NCBI GenBank assembly: GCA_044892525.1
Contig: CM097885.1
Location: 140,306,001 to 140,370,000, forward strand
DNA from: Schmidtea polychroa
Lineage: Eukaryota
Direction of reading: 5' to 3'
DNA: 64,000 nt
Positions 39,191 through 51,099 of this stretch are shown one piece after another. Within the stretch, counting starts at the first letter, position 1, and every line of letters starts with the position of its first letter. A program made the translations under genes and the position numbers. A model generated the notes under the pieces. The model was given only the letters and a program-made list of their open reading frames with translations, searched no databases and was not told where the DNA came from.

Positions 39191-40985
39191 TGTTGGGTGG
39201 CTTAGGGGTGTGTCATTTTAATTTTGAATGTGTTAGGGGTACTTATAGATGTTGAATCGAATCCTTCCTAAACGCCTTCATGACTATTGTCGTTATACCA
39301 TCTGTGTACCCATGGGGACAACCATGTTGGTGCTGTTCACAATGGCTGAAAATCCAAAAGCAGGTGAGCTCCATTGCTAAAACTACTCCTCATGATATTT
39401 TCATTTTGGGTTCTGGACTGCCGATAGAAGGTCTTACGTCATTGTTCATTATCAATCCTGTTTTTAGATTATTGTCATATATACATTTCATTGTGGACTT
39501 CATTTCTAGATGTTTGCTAATGTTACCTTCAAAAATTTGCTCAGGGATCCTCCTTTATTTTTCTGTTAATAAATGTTACTATGTGTTTTCCATAATATTT
39601 ATGAACATTTAACTTATCCTTCAAAACGTTTTGAGAAGGGATCTGCCCTTATTTCCAAGTTAATAAATGTTGTTCTATACTTTCTACAATATTCAAATTA
39701 TTCTTCAAAAATTGTAAGAAGGGATCTGCCTGTATTTCTAATCCTAACATATGTATATATCCACTAAAATATATCCATATCCACTAAAACTCTTACAGCG
39801 ACGGACCCGAAAAGAAGCCTCCACATTACGACTCGAAATCAGCTGTGTGGTTGAAAAAGCCAGTATACCCACCAGTCTCAGCATCCCGAAGGTACGCCAA
39901 ACCATGGTATGCTGAAGTTCCACTCCACTATATCTATTGTTCATTAACAAACATAAAAATTACAAACTAGAAATTAGCAATTAAAAAGAACCAAAAAAAA
40001 TAACTAGAACTAAAATTAATACAAAGATTTATTACCTTAAAACATTACATAAAAATTACAAATTATATAAAATTACGAAATCCAATTCAAACTTACCAAG
40101 AAGACATAAACCGAAGACTGAGAGCGTCACAAAATGTTTACACTGTCTGCAAACCAAGTTTGATTTCAAGTTGAAAACTAGTTGTTGTATGTTAACTGAA
40201 TTTTCAATCAGTATTTATACTGATTTTGACTGTGCATCCATGCATTCTCTGCCACTAGATCCAATCAGAATGCAGTAATTATATATTTTTAATTTAATTG
40301 ATTTAATTTTTATTAATTTCAACAATTTAATTTTATATATTTTATAATTTTAATAATTTTAGCTAATTTTATTTTAATTTTACTTAATTTTAACCATTTA
40401 ATTCTATCAACTTTATAATTTACATAATGTTAACTAATTTTATTTTATAATTTACATAATTTCAGCTAATTTTACTTTAACTTTTATTATTTTATCAGTT
40501 CTACTGGAAGTTCTTTAGTTTCAATTTTTAAATGTATTTATTTCTATATTTTATTTCATTTAATTTTTAAATAATTTTTTCCTGTTCCTTTTCTTAAAGT
40601 ATGCCCTCATTGTCAAAGCTCCTTAGTGTGTAAATACGAGCCATAACATCCCTAATTAATTCGATTATGGTGTTTTGATTGTAAATACGATCAACAATCC
40701 TTCTTAAAATTTATTTTCATATTATTAGTTAATTTATTATCAATTATTTTATTTTCTAGTTGGCAGGTTTTTTGAATGTGATATATCTCTTAACTGTGTT
40801 GGTGATTGTAACTTTATGCGTTTCCTGATTTTATTATACATGTTTTATTTATTCTCAATGTGTTATATACTTTATTTTGTATTATTTGGTGTATGATCAT
40901 GGATTTAAATTCAACTTAGTGCGGCTTTTATGTTATGTATTTTCGATTCATTAAAACAAACGCTCAACCCGGTTCTAGCCCAACG
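39191..40985 (-). mobile_element. Internally deleted long LTR copy (subfamily 1)
   Basis: Starts cGTTGGGCTAGAAC at 40985. CCAAT at 40261, TATAAATA at 40219-40212, donor cttg|gtaagt at 40096, structured motif 39796-39930, GCCGATAGAAGG at 39420. There is no ORF. The left end is tentative and no TSD was found. Confidence 0.6.
39796..39930 (-). ncRNA. Conserved structured cis-RNA candidate (motif 1)
   Basis: Homologous to 49877-50005 with compensatory stem changes and a cUUCGg loop. Confidence 0.55.
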
Positions 40986-42427
40986 GCTACTTTAGATATC
41001 CTGATGTCTTTTCTTAATTTAATTATTAATTTTTGTTTTTACTTCTTTATTTTAATCATTTATTTTTTATTTTTTGTTAAACCATTTTAAATTACATTTT
41101 CTAATGCAGAAATTCTATCTATGAAAATTCAGAATCTATTCTTGATAAAAAGAAAATGAAGATTTAATTATGAGAAATTTCTCATTAATGGTTCAATAAT
41201 AAATTATTTTTAATTAATTTTCAGGTTTTTAAGGATTTTTATGAATTCTTTTGGAATTACTTAGACATAGTGTTCCTATACTATAATTTTATCGATTTTT
41301 TTAAAATTATATACTTTTATATTTCGGATTTAGGTGAAAAATCGGTTTACGTCAGAAAGCACAACCATACATTAGACGCACTGACGGTTTTTGAAAAAAT
41401 GAAAGGATTTTAAGTGAGCCTTATGGTCCAAAAAATACGGTACTTGATTTTAGTCATATTTATTATTTTGAACTAACGGTTCGCACGATACTTGACCAAA
41501 CCGGTTCCAAAAAAAAACAGTGGGTATATTCCAAACTCCCACACGCAACAGAAACAGAGTTTAAAATTATTCTTTAAAAAGGGAAGATTGATACAAGATT
41601 ATTACGATACAACGCAGGTCAAGTGCAATTTCAAATTTCGGACATGTCATTATCAATCAAGCTGATTCTATTTGTTTTGGTGATTTTTGACTAATGGGAA
41701 AATAGTAAAAAAATTATTAAAAAGAAAAAGTCTTTAGAATTTGTTAGGAATATTAGGAATTTAATTTGGAATAAATTAATGAAAAATCAACCCTATTCTG
41801 GCCAAGCAATTAAAATTAGTCAAAATTTTTTTCTTGCCCTTGAAAACCGAAAATATCCTTTGAGAAATCTTCTAAAATAAGATTTTTAACATTCAGAAAA
41901 ATCACTGAAGCCAATAGGATACCCGGTTATCAAAACCAGTCAAGGAATTCCGATGTTTGATCATTAAATACCAAATCGCAAATCATCAGACAATGGGTGA
42001 GAAATGAATAGGTAAATGTGGAATTTAAATGACTTGTGAATCATTATTTTTCTGATAATAAAAATTCTTGACTACAAAATTCTACTTAGCGCCTTGGTAA
42101 CTAACTTCTAGCACTAAGGATAAATAGCTCTACCAAATCCAATAACTAAATAGTACCGAAAAACTAAAACACAAAATAATATTTCATTAACTCCTGAAAA
42201 TATTTATAACTGACCTTTAGTTGTTCTAACAGTTCATATATATTAAAATTATTTACAAATTTTCAAATCAACAAACTCAATTATTGTTAACTTTGGAAAA
42301 TTGTTTTGCACGTGTCGAATCGATATTTGTTTTTCCATTTTCTTAATTAAAATTATTAGTCATTATTTATGATTAAATATTTCTCAATGATCAGGGTTAT
42401 TTACAAATGAAACCGTTAATATTGTCA

Positions 42428-42860
42428 TTATGGGATATCAGAACGATTATCAGATTTTTTATCTGCTCCGAGAGGATCTTTAAATCCTTCTGATTCACAA
42501 AACAGTTGCCTTTCAAGGATTACTTTGCCTTCTTTGTACTGTTGACTTTCATCATTTGCTTGTTCGTAAATCCAACCTAGTTTAACGTGGCATTTAATAC
42601 AATGAACATCTCTAACTAAATGACGTCCGGTTAACATAAGTCTATCCTAATTAAAGCTAAAAATTTTATTTATAAAATAGTTATTTAACTTGTAATTCAG
42701 TAGAATAAATATTGACGACTTTATTAAACAAAAACGCTCGCCCTGTAACACCGCTAAACCTAGTACTAATTATTTCGTCTTTATTAGATAATGGAGTATC
42801 ACATGCTTGACATTGAATTATTCTTTTGCCACCCAAATGTTCAATAAACAAAATTCCCAT
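42428..42860 (-). CDS. YPEL5: Yippee-like protein (YPEL5/yippee-type), 2 exons, 129 aa
   Basis: [24 protein letters not shown]...[16 protein letters not shown] | [19 protein letters not shown]...LGWIYE...YKEGKVILE. Intron 42647-42689 (43 bp, GT-AG). Confidence 0.92.
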
Positions 42861-44559
42861 AATCAAAAATTTTGAAAATTTTAATTAATTTAATCAGCTG
42901 ATTAACTACTAGAAAATATTTTAATACAATCAAACAATTGATAATATAAAATTATATATTTTTTATATCATGATTTAAAATTTTTATTTAAAATTCTGGT
43001 ATGCAGAACACTGGAACTTTTTTTTCAAAATTGATGTTAATTTTTGCTAAAAATTTTCTTATTACTGAAAAATATTTACATATGTTCATTATATGATTTT
43101 CAAAATAATTATTTTTATAAAAATTGTTAGACAAAACTAGGTCTGGGAGCTTTGTATTGTGTTTTTATTTTATCGTATCGGTGGCACGTCAATGTTAACA
43201 GGCAACAAGTTGAATTAAAATCAACAGGTAGAGCTACCTTCTACCTGATCCTACTCATTGTTTTCGTTGTACTTCAATTTGCTTGTTAAACTTGTGGAAG
43301 TAGAAAATATGTCGACACCATAGGACGACATCTCATAACAACGTCTCAACCCATTGAATTTGGACAATTTATTTCATTATGCATTACGCAATATTTGTTA
43401 GAAACTTTTCAAGTTTCGGGTCCACTGGAATAAAAATGAAATATATTTAAAATGTATGGAGATAACTAATCACAACAAATTACACATGTCAGCAGAGACC
43501 GATATTTATCCCGTGACCTTGAGACTCTGATGTTATTGACTGTAGTGGGATGATAACAGAATGGCATAGTGCTATGTAGGCCATAAGAAAGAAAATTACT
43601 GATCTGATTTCAAGTGTGTATTGAAATATCAATAAAAATGACAACTTCTATCTATTATCAAGATTTATTATCTATCGCTTTTATAATCAATTCAATTTCT
43701 CCTGACACAATTACACAAAAATGTTACCACTCAAGATTCTAAACTCAAGACTTATAATGACAAACAGTGAGTAATAGTCCAATTAATAACTTTCAAACTG
43801 TTTCTTCAATCGAACTTCCTCGACATTGTAGTTTCAATATACGGGTTTCTTTAATTTCTGTTTGATTTCTGATTCTCTAATATTCATTTTCCAAAATGTC
43901 TAACTATTTTCTTCATTTTCGTTTTTTTGTTGGATTCATGGGGTTAGGGTTACCATTGAAGATATCTGGCTTTAATTCTTTCCTGTCCCCATCTTTTTAT
44001 TCACTGACTTTCCTTGATCGTTCAATAATACATTAGGACCTTCCCATCCAAACTCTTATGTGCGATTACAGATTCCCAAAAATAATTAAATCGTAAATAT
44101 AACTGGGTATTTATTACAAGTCGGTACTAGTTTCTGACTCATCGGTGTCATTATTCGAATAAATCGAACAACTCAACAACAATAACGTTTATTCAAAATT
44201 ACTACAATTGTTTCCCCACTTTATACACATATTTCTACGTCATTTTTAATCTTTCGCGTTTGGATAAGTATTCCAATTAGAGATCTACTTTCTGGTAAGC
44301 TTAAAACTTCTTGAAATTGTCTTCAACCAACTAGTCATTCCATTACTTTTCTCCTCTTTTATTCTGAATATTTAATTCACTTTTCATTTAAATTGATTTA
44401 ATGCTAGAATGTCTCTTAAGGTTATAAATTTTGTTTGCATTTCCCAAGGTTTTCTTTCCTAACTAATTTATTGTCAATTTGGAAACATTAGGGCTTTCAC
44501 ATGATCCATTATTTTTAGCAATTTTTAAATAGAAGTCTGATTCCTTTTTTGTTTCTGGT

Positions 44560-44819
44560 TTTCCTTTATCCCACAATTTTGTATTTTCCATTATCTCGGG
44601 TTTCCTATTAGATAATTAATTTTTTGATTTTAATTTTCTTTAAATATTTGCTTCTGATTTTATTTTGTTATATTTAAAATTATTATGTTTATTTTAAAAT
44701 GATTTTTGAATAAGTTTTAGCACTTTAATTATAAATTTGGATTTAATGTTTATATTGATTTACATTTAGTTTTAGTGATTTTTATTTTTATTTTGGCATG
44801 GTTAGGCCGAACCCCAACA
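44560..44819 (-). repeat. Possible start of another long-LTR copy (TGTTGGGGTTCGGCC)
   Basis: TGTTGGG followed by the same strongly A-biased tract seen after the other LTR starts. The left boundary is arbitrary. Confidence 0.35.
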
Positions 44820-45789
44820 ACACAATATTCTATATTTTCAATACAAAAAATAACAAAATAGTTCGTCAAGTGTCATTCAACAAGATGAATTTGTTGACGA
44901 AATTTCTTAGTTTGTTCTAGGATGTAAGCATCTTTTAGCTGCCTTATTCTATTTCACTTGCTCTTCCAGAGACGCAGTTTATCATATGCTTTTTTTCAAG
45001 TCAACTGGAGATACAACTAGTCAATCTGATTGCCTCGGAACAAGCATTGAAGTGGCCGGAAATAGTGTTTCACTGTAAGTGAGTTCAGACTCTAGTGGTG
45101 TTTAATAAATGCTCATAAACACCTTGCCTCGTTAGAAAATCTTTTTAGTTGGTGTATTTTATCATTTGTTTGTATGTTTGATTTATATAGAAATTGCTCT
45201 TACTATGTTTGTATGTTTCATTAATTTTCTATCCTTTCTGGGATCCTATAATAAATTCCTTAAAATATAATTTATTGATTATTATTTTTATATTATAGAC
45301 TATTTTTATCAATTGTAACGTAGTGTATTAACTTTTCTCAACTTCTTTCTCTTATAGTTTTAAGCATTAATGATTTCTATATTATATAAAACTAAAATAT
45401 TAACTGTGCTGCAAAAATAGGTTTTAAAATAATTGATTAACAAAAAAATTTAAAAAATTATTTTTAATACGCTATAAAGAAGTTAGAAAATCCATGCGAT
45501 TACAGTATCCTCTTAGAGATGTATACAGAGGAAAATAATTTATTTATATTTTTGATAGAAATTTCCCGTTAATTTATTTGTTTGGATCAACCTTTTTTAT
45601 CATTATTTTATTATTTCCAGCGCCATATTTTATACATGATCATATAACTTTTGAAGTGTTAATGAATCAAGACTAAATTATCTAGATTTGCATAAAATTC
45701 GTTTCTATCCTAGTCTGAGGTACAGAAATAACGATGTTATTGTTATAACAATCTAAATAAGATTGATGTTTTATATATGTACCTGGTAA

Positions 45790-46833
45790 TTACACACCCT
45801 TAGCTCTCATAGTCGATTTGTTCCCTAAAAGACCGTTGCACCTTAGGTGCAAGAAAACCCACTCACTATATCCAACCCCCTTAATCTCATCCTTAAATTT
45901 GCCTATAACTAAGTCAAATCTTATAGAATATAAAGGATGAGAGGGATTGTAATTGGAGGTGTCTAACAAGCCATCCGAAATCATCGCAGATTAAAGAATG
46001 TCAAGCCTTAGATTTTTGACCTCTAAGAAGAAACTCTCGGTATCACCCGCAACTATATTTATAACACAGTTAAACTGACGCTTATCTTTCTTTAATTCTA
46101 TGTATTATAATTGATACATCCTTAGTTTGGATAAATCCAGCACTGATTGTCCGATGTAGCTGGGTCTATCCAAACATATAGAGTCCTTATTGGGATGCGC
46201 TGCAAAAAGATCGTCATCCATTTTAATAGTTTTTCTAAATGCAGATGAATATGTAATCAAATTTTCAGCTGAATTAGATATCCTCAAATGTAATCTCTTT
46301 TTAAGGTTTTCAGCGGATTTACCGTATAAGCTATTATTATACAATTTAAATAAATCTCTATACAGTTCACTGCTTGATTCTGCTCTTAATTTTGTATTTT
46401 TATTTATATAATTTTTAAAAATAGGTGCTTGCTTGAATTTTATAGCCCTATATATATTTACAACTTTGGAACCAAGAGACAAATAAAGCTTGAGAAGCCT
46501 CCAATGAAAAACATGGTTCTTCTTGGGTCAATGTGTAAGCATCAGCTTCTCAACTTTTGAGTCAGGTGGGCACATTTTCTCAGGAGCAAGAGGAAAGTCA
46601 TTCAGGAAATCATGCAAACATTCAGGAATATCGATATCCACTTCCATGGTATAACCATAGGGAAGGATTTCAATATCATCATTCATAAACTCAAGCAAAA
46701 CATCATTTAAACCGTCATACACCCAAGTAAATTCAGCAAAAAGAAGATTTTGGCTAAGACCCCAAACATACAGATTATTTATATCAATGTATTCAGTATT
46801 ATCAGAAGGAGCAAGGTAATGTTTGTTAACAAA
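45790..46833 (-). pseudogene. Protein-primed family B DNA polymerase relic (Polinton/Maverick/adintovirus type)
   Basis: YIDINNLY, FPLAPEK, FKLYNNSLYGK, YIGQSVLDLSKLRMY, GDTES (GDTDS-like), DTSNY...HPLYS...GKFKDE. Broken by stops and frameshifts, and cut at 46833 by the LTR. Confidence 0.9.
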
Positions 46834-47418
46834 TGTTACCCATACCCCGGTATTCCTCCCTCGTGTTGGCGGGCACTACTCGGTTGACCACCCTTAGTTC
46901 AACTTTCTAGTCTAGGGGATGAATGCCTGTTACAATTATATCTTTCATTACTGTGTCACCCCCGAGCAGGGCCCGTACATAATCTATACTCCAACATAGC
47001 ACCCGTGAATTGCTTCACGTTGGAACTGTGCTATGCCGGCGAGACGCCAGTAAGCAGGTGAGCCACCATCTTCGGACTACTCCTTACTGAGGCCTCGACT
47101 TCCTACCCCTGACTGCCGATAGAAGGACTTACGTCTGCTCATTCTGTCACCCTGTCGCCATACTCTTGATTTAGATTGCAACTGGGCCATACTCCTCGAA
47201 TCTCAAAACACTCAATGCCATTTACCACTCAATGTAAATTCCTTATGAACGAAAAAAACAAAACCCGTATACAGACAAAAATTGTTTATTTCAAACATTG
47301 TAATACAGGCGCGTCGTAACTTATACATCAGAATCAGAATAAGAGAACACAAAGACAGGAAATGATGTTAGTTGATTCAGGACTCTCCGAAGGATGAGGT
47401 CACTTCACGGGAAAATCC

Positions 47419-48168
47419 TCAATTTTCCCACTCGGAGTCGGCGAGTAACTCGTCCAAATCGAAGAATTCGGAGGCGTTTTCCTCCCACATCACTCCAGCG
47501 GCAGATACGATCCGCCCTGGTGTTCCTGTTGTTAGGTTAATTACAGCAGGGGCGTTATTGACATTACTACCGAGGTCAGGCAGTTGCTTGGACTGCTTTG
47601 CGGCTATCCGCTCACGCTGTTTCCTTTTACGTTCGGCCCTCGATAGCTGCCGACGCTTTGGTTTGTTGGTCGATGAATTGTTTGGGGCTACCGCCGATGT
47701 AGAGGCGACGTTAGGCAGTACCCGACTATTTCCAACAAAAACTACCTCTAGTTGCCCTGGCGAGAGTTGCGTTTCTACGCACGGCCGGCAAGGTTTTTTC
47801 GAAGGGGGCGATGATTTGGCCGAAGTATCATGGTGGGTCGGAAAGAGATTGTCGGCGTCACCGATGGGGAGTTTCACTATCTTCCTAGTTGCCGTAGCCT
47901 GGATGTACACTTTATGCAGCGCCTCGGACTGCTCCTTGATCAAACTTCTTTGGGCACGACTCTCGGAGATTAGAGCGTCCCGGCAATGTTCACTTCGGTG
48001 TAATTTCTTTTGGGTCTCTTTCATCTGGGCGGGACTAAACCATGTCCCCTCTAACTCGTCTATTTTCTTTTTGTACCGTCCGATCTGGGTCTGTAGGTCC
48101 TTGATTATTGCGTTCTTGTCGGAACAAGAAAAACAGGGCCTGAGGACGGATTTTGCATTGGGTAACAT
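47419..48168 (-). CDS. LTR-encoded 249-aa protein: CxxC, coiled coil, basic NLS-like segment, acidic/aromatic C-terminus
   Basis: Intact ORF preceded by the acceptor ctcttcttag and followed by AATAAA at ~47290. Homologues at 257, 26376 and 29366. Confidence 0.8.
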   Translation of the reverse strand: MLPNAKSVLRPCFSCSDKNAIIKDLQTQIGRYKKKIDELEGTWFSPAQMKETQKKLHRSEHCRDALISESRAQRSLIKEQSEALHKVYIQATATRKIVKLPIGDADNLFPTHHDTSAKSSPPSKKPCRPCVETQLSPGQLEVVFVGNSRVLPNVASTSAVAPNNSSTNKPKRRQLSRAERKRKQRERIAAKQSKQLPDLGSNVNNAPAVINLTTGTPGRIVSAAGVMWEENASEFFDLDELLADSEWEN

Positions 48169-49876
48169 GTCTGCTAGCTAAGAAGAGTAATAACACTAAA
48201 TGGGATAAATCAAGTTTAGAAAATCATCATCTTCCGCCACTATTCGTTAATCAGTATTAGACAGTTTTACCGGAAAAGAAAAACGGATTATTTATCAAGA
48301 GGGATTTCCTATGCCATCGACCTATGCGGGCTCTAGGTGTTTATTCACTAGAAAACCAACTGGCAACATAAGGCTTTACTTAACGAAGGTTGTACGTCAT
48401 TGTTAAAGAAAATGAAAATTGCATGTTTGAGAGGAATTATTGATGACGGAAATTTTCCTGAAGAGATAAATAGCATTGAAAATTCAACCCGAACTACATA
48501 ATCACTAAGTGAACATTTAGCTAATCATTATAATGATTTTATAGATAATTAGATAAGTTGGTTGTAATTTATTATTAATTGAAAATGTTAAATTTTAGCA
48601 GTTCCATTAATAGACGTGAACTAATTGAGTTGAATTTATTTGTATTTTGTTTAGGCTTTCGATTATATTGTCTATATTTTATTATAATTTGGTTTTCAAA
48701 TCTCACATTTATTTACTATTTTAACATAAATTATTGAGTTGTTGGTGACTCATGTTATCATCACTCATGTCTGGTGCTTTCGGTAAATAGCCGAGATTTT
48801 CATCTGACACACCCGGTGGATTTTTCTCAAGTTAGCCGTTCGTGGTGAATTATCTACTATCGGGTTAGATGACTATGCGATCTCAATAAATGTGTCACCT
48901 GGAAGATAGACTCGTAGAATTACGGCCAGTGATATCTGTGTTATTATTGGTGAGCACTAGCATGTGGACTTTGGTTATTAGAACTCGCCATGTGTGCATT
49001 TACACATGTGTGCGGGTACTCACTTCGTGAGACTCTTATCCTATTCGGCAGCTTGCATGAATCATCAGATGTTATATTATACTGTGTTGAATTTCTATCT
49101 CTCATGAAAATTTTGCATAGGAAGATTTTGCGTAACGTTGTTTCTGGATGGCATTCGTTTCGTAGACAAATTGGTCAACTATTCAAGCTATGGTTTCTAC
49201 TCCCCTCATGGATTTTATCATTGTCAACATGCCCATTATCTATATCGAGTTGGAAATTATTTAACTATCGCTGGAAATACAATTCGACGAAATGCGGAAA
49301 TTCTATCATCCTCTGTGACATTTCTAAGACTCGGATTTTTCTCCCATGGAGGGTTGGTCGGATCAGTTATCTCTCACCCTACCTTTGCATCAGTTGACAC
49401 AGACGTTTGGCATTCGATATATAAAGGAAGGACTTATTTAAGTGGTTTTGAAATATATTTTTCTTGATCAGATTCGTTATTATCTCATGGTTTATTATTT
49501 TTGAGAACTATTTGTTTTCCACAATCCACCACAAGTAGGGTTTAGAGGGACGTATCAAAATTGATTGCACGTGATAAACATAGCTGATAAAAATAGCAGT
49601 TATGAAAGTTGGTAGGTTGAAGGTTTCAGGAATAATTTCGAGAGGAATCACGAACGCAGAGGATATGCTACAAATGGTGCCCAGACTGATTTGACGGAAA
49701 GTCCTATATAGATCTTCAGATGGTAGTAACAATTTCAATTTGCTAAAGACGATAGTATGACGCCCTCAATCACCATGCGAACTCTCGAACGAGATTTTCC
49801 TCATATGACTACACTTCTCATTGCTTGATAGTTACCCTCTCTCTACAGTATCGTCCACATATTTTAGTCACATCTT

Positions 49877-50005
49877 CAGCGACGGACCCGTGAGGAAGCC
49901 CTCACATTACGGCCCGAATCAGCTGCGTGATTGAAAAACGCCATGTCCACCGGCTGAGCTCCCGAGGGCACCTCACACCATGACATGGAGTTTCTCAACG
50001 CCACG
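49877..50005 (-). ncRNA. Conserved structured cis-RNA candidate (motif 1) downstream of the LTR splice donor
   Basis: Stems ttgagaaac/gtttttcaa, ccatgtc/gacatgg, cagc/gctg, gggcc/ggtcc and gtgagg/cctcac. Most G-U pairs favour the minus strand. Confidence 0.55.
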
Positions 50006-50222
50006 TTTCTCGGAAATTTATAATCATTAAATAAATATGCATAAAAATCAATCAGAAAAAGTTCATAATAATTCATTTATTAAATAACTAAATCCTCTAA
50101 TTAGCAAATGTATCATTAGGAATCAAACGAAAGGACAACTGTTTTCAGTTTAAATTTATAATTATTTCATAAAATTACATGACTACTATTACTTAGATAA
50201 AGTATAAATCGAAAAATTCCTT

Positions 50223-50495
50223 ACCAAGTAATTTGTATAGATTTTTAGGCTGAGTCGGAAGGTATCGAATCGAATAAATGGTTACTCGAAATTTACGTCG
50301 ATTGTTAACTGTTTGATAATATCTCCTGGTTTCTAGATTGATTCTCGTACGTTGCTGCTGTTTACCTGTAAAGTTGGTTGTTTAACGGTAACTGTTAAAA
50401 TTTGTCTTACCTGTAAAGTTGGTTGTTTAACAGTAAGTTTATAATTTTTGTGTTTCCTTATATATTAATTTTTGATGTGTGCGGACCAATCAGAA
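50223..50495 (-). promoter_or_regulatory. LTR promoter (CCAAT 50486-50490, TATA-like ~50458-50466) and 5' splice donor (cttg|gtaagg at 50224)
   Basis: The same order, ccaatcagaa then TATA then cttg|gtaag, is conserved at 40261, 40215 and 40096. A 25-bp direct repeat at 50362-50386 / 50407-50431 contains further donor-like sites. Confidence 0.55.
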
Positions 50496-51099
50496 TTGAG
50501 TGCCGCTTAATTTTATTGCTTTAATTTATTTTTCTTGTTTTTGAGTTATTTTTTCCTATTTTCTTTATTTTTATTGTGTTTTTATTTATTTTCTTTAATT
50601 TCTTTATTATTTACTACATTTTACGTTATTTTTTTGTCATTCTATTGTCCTATTTTAATTTTCCTTATTTTTATATTTTTTTGTTTTAATTCCTATTTTC
50701 TAATTTTTTATTTTTCTTATATCCTATTCTATTTTATTCTTAAGTTTGTTTGTTTTTTTTTTATTTTAATTTAATTATGTTTAACCTAATTTCTTGGATA
50801 CCCTTCGACTCAGCCCAACAAATCACTCGGGGACCCGACAAAATTGCGTCCCACAATTACATACTTGAGCTACTCTTATTCTCTCATAAAAAGATAAACA
50901 CATTCATAAAAAGATAGCATAGTGATTAACAAAATTATAAACATCAATAGAACTTTATTAATAAGATATAGGTCAAATCAAGACCAAGCAGTCATCACTT
51001 ATGGTGATGGTTTATATACAAAGCAAAATTTTCACAATGTAATGTTTTAGTTCAGTTATGGTATTGTTCGATTATTCTGATGGTTTTGGTTGGAGTTTG

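Larger units (their letters stand above)
46834..50820 (-). repeat. Putative ~4.0 kb 3' LTR (TGTTGGG...GGTAACA)
   Basis: The start motif is shared with copies at 4783, 38136, 40985 and 44819, whose flanks differ. The end motif is shared with 28577, and unrelated pPolB sequence begins exactly at the end. The 5' LTR is outside the window and no canonical PPT is seen. Confidence 0.65.

Noticed and set aside
46845-46920. HDV-like ribozyme impression (tcctccctcgtg) near the LTR end
   Set aside because: P1/P3 pairings could not be built.
47372-48181. Long antisense ORFs over the LTR gene, hAT transposase and polyprotein (e.g. 47372-48181, 28940-29374, 55545-56507)
   Set aside because: Explained as shadow frames of sense-strand codon bias; no independent motifs.
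49880-49930. Canonical hammerhead or type IV IRES call for motif 1
   Set aside because: It lacks the CUGANGA/GAAA core, and the resemblance to HCV-like IRES subdomains is limited to a few nucleotides.
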